NCBI GenBank assembly: GCA_913030825.1
Contig: CAJWCU010000029.1
Span: 1-32,000, forward strand
From: an uncultured Rhodospirillaceae bacterium
GTDB taxonomy: Bacteria > Pseudomonadota > Alphaproteobacteria > Rhodospirillales > Casp-alpha2
Length of the DNA stretch: 32,000 nucleotides
Direction: 5' to 3'
Part shown: positions 30,930 to 32,000 of the stretch, piece after piece
Layout: the number at the start of each line of letters is the position of its first letter
Position numbering within the stretch: position 1 is the stretch's first letter
The notes under the pieces: generated by a model
The model's database searches: none
Told to the model about the DNA's origin: nothing
Seen by the model: the letters and a program-made list of their open reading frames with translations, nothing else
Made by a program: the position numbers and the translations under genes

Positions 30930-31592
30930 TCATTTCCAATAATTCGCCGCCGCGGACGATGCCGCCGCCCCGACCACGGCGGCATCCACCCCCGGACAAT
31001 CCGTGAACCGCGCGCCGGTCACATCGGCCCCGCTGAGGCCCGCGTCCGTCAGGTCCGTCCGCTCGAAGATCGCGAACCGCAGATTGGCGCCCGTCAAATC
31101 GGCGTCCCGCAGATCGGCATCGGTGAAATCCGCCCCCGCCAGGCAGGCCCCCGCCAACCGGGCACGGCAAAGGCGCGCTCCGATAAATACGCCGCCGCCG
31201 AAATCGCCGCCCTGCCCATCGGCTTCGGACAGATCCGCCCCCGCCAGCAGAATGCCGGGTGCCCGCAAGTGCGCCAGAACCGCGCCGTGCAGGTCCATGC
31301 CCCGGCCCTGAAACTGCGCCAGGCTCGCCCCGGCCAGACGCGCCCGGGAAAAATCGGCGTCCTCGGCCGCCGCCGCATCCAGGCGCGCCCCGGTGAAATC
31401 CGCGCCCGCCGCCGCCGCGCCCGCGAACTGGGCCCGGCGCAGGTCGCATCCGGCGAACGACGCGCCCGTCAGAACCGCCCGCGCGAACCCCGCCATCTTC
31501 AAATCCGCACCGTCGAACCGGGCGGCGGCCAGGTCCTTTCCGGTAAAGTCCTCGGCGATCAGGGATTGATTACGATGGTCGGCTGGGGTCAT
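30930..31592 (-). CDS. Pentapeptide-repeat protein
   Basis: Continuous A(D/N)LxG-type pentapeptides: ADLSEADGQGGDFGGGVFIGARLCRARLAGACLAGADFTDADLRDADLTGANLRFAIFERTDLTDAGLSGADVTGARF. Confidence 0.85.
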   Translation of the reverse strand: MTPADHRNQSLIAEDFTGKDLAAARFDGADLKMAGFARAVLTGASFAGCDLRRAQFAGAAAAGADFTGARLDAAAAEDADFSRARLAGASLAQFQGRGMDLHGAVLAHLRAPGILLAGADLSEADGQGGDFGGGVFIGARLCRARLAGACLAGADFTDADLRDADLTGANLRFAIFERTDLTDAGLSGADVTGARFTDCPGVDAAVVGAAASSAAANYWK

Positions 31593-31636
31593 GTCGTGTC
31601 CTGTAGATCGATCCGCGACGATGGGGGTGGCCCGGC

Positions 31637-32000
31637 ATGACCGGACCGGAGATTGAAATTCCGCCGACGTGCACCGGCGTGACCCTGCCCGCCGGAGTGA
31701 CCGCCACCGATTTCGACGGCGCGGGCACGGCCTGGCTGGGCTTGGCCGACGGCAGTATAGCCTGCTGGCCCGATGGCGGCAGCCCCCAGGTCCGGGAAAC
31801 GCCCGACGCCATCACCCTCTGCCTCGCCGGGCTGCCGGTGGGATGCCTCGCGGGCGGCGACGGCGGTGTCCTGCGCCGCGTCGATATAGGCGGCGTCGTC
31901 GAGGAATGGGAAGCCCCCGGCGGCTGGATCGAACATCTTCTGCTGCATTCGGCAACCGGCCGCTGGGCCGCCGTGACGCCACGCGGCATTACCCTGTTCG
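31637..32000 (+). CDS. Hypothetical protein, N-terminal part, possibly WD40/beta-propeller-like (runs off the window end)
   Basis: From ATG 31637: MTGPEIEIPPTCTGVTLPAGVTATDFDGAGTAWLGLADGSIACWPDGGSPQVRETPDAITLCLAGLPVGCLAGGDGGVLRRVDIGGVVEEWEAPGGWIEHLLLHSATGRWAAVTPRGITLF. By hand count, third-position GC is about 85% over the first 42 codons. The composition looks like a real protein, unlike the overlapping minus-strand ORFs. Missing from the track because there is no stop in the window. Confidence 0.5.
   Translation, partial: MTGPEIEIPPTCTGVTLPAGVTATDFDGAGTAWLGLADGSIACWPDGGSPQVRETPDAITLCLAGLPVGCLAGGDGGVLRRVDIGGVVEEWEAPGGWIEHLLLHSATGRWAAVTPRGITLF

Noticed and set aside
15987-31640. Many long ORFs opposite the annotated genes: 15987..16874+, 18026..18952-, 18915..19796-, 19720..20274-, 20676..21563+, 21490..22758+, 22858..23799-, 23789..24658+, 25182..26714+, 26420..27046+, 27015..27899-, 27931..29052+, 28976..30001+, 30477..31640+
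   Set aside because: These are typical stop-codon-poor shadow frames of roughly 65-70% GC genes. Their translations are low-complexity (R/G/A/P/D/H-rich). In each case the opposite strand carries canonical family motifs such as Walker A/B, LysR HTH, the CoA-transferase N-terminus or pentapeptide repeats.
31589-31948. 119-aa minus-strand ORF (and 31570..31989) upstream of the pentapeptide gene
   Set aside because: The product is G/A/R/P-rich and looks like a shadow of the better plus-strand frame starting at 31637. The ATGA overlap with the pentapeptide start keeps it as a minor open question, which is listed as a low-interest finding.
1-32000. CRISPR arrays, rRNA genes, tRNA genes and integrase genes
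   Set aside because: I saw no regularly spaced direct repeats, no rRNA-like conserved stretches, no cloverleaf candidates and no tyrosine or serine recombinase motifs on visual inspection. tRNAscan-SE, Infernal and minced would settle this.

Overview
32-kb window from a high-GC, probably alphaproteobacterial, replicon (hand counts of 60-nt samples in the backbone are well above 60% GC). It has three blocks.

(1) 1-2107, minus strand: a phage DNA-packaging module. It holds a ParB-domain DNA methyltransferase, a DUF5681 small protein and the start of a large terminase, all linked by overlapping stop/start codons. The module runs off the left edge.

(2) About 2.3-15.9 kb: a lower-GC, mosaic accessory island.
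- One orphan gene.
- A lipoprotein plus zinc-ribbon/DUF2628 membrane-protein operon.
- A 977-aa protein with a cytoplasmic TIR domain, one TM helix and about 18 extracytoplasmic 32-33-aa YD-like repeats.
- An 826-aa protein that reads as a degenerate 2-TM pore, RCK/TrkA-N, RyR domain and a C-terminal SLOG/LOG-like domain.
- A convergent patatin-like phospholipase whose catalytic GGGxRG motif has no canonical start codon upstream.
- A decayed IS (rve transposase) remnant with a tandemly duplicated terminal repeat.
- An isochorismatase-family hydrolase and a DUF2188 protein.

(3) 16-32 kb: ordinary high-GC metabolic and transport genes. These are two NitT/TauT-type ABC importers, two LysR regulators and one TetR regulator, a family III CoA-transferase with a GrdB-like protein, FabI, an acyl-CoA dehydrogenase, OsmC, an arylformamidase-like hydrolase and a pentapeptide-repeat protein.

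The main candidate for a novel system is the TIR + SLOG/RyR/RCK channel-like + patatin cluster at 5.7-12.5 kb. I read it as a Thoeris-like system in which an NAD-derived signal acts on membrane-attacking effectors. This rests on motif reading only; no searches were run. I found no rRNA, tRNA or CRISPR array by eye.
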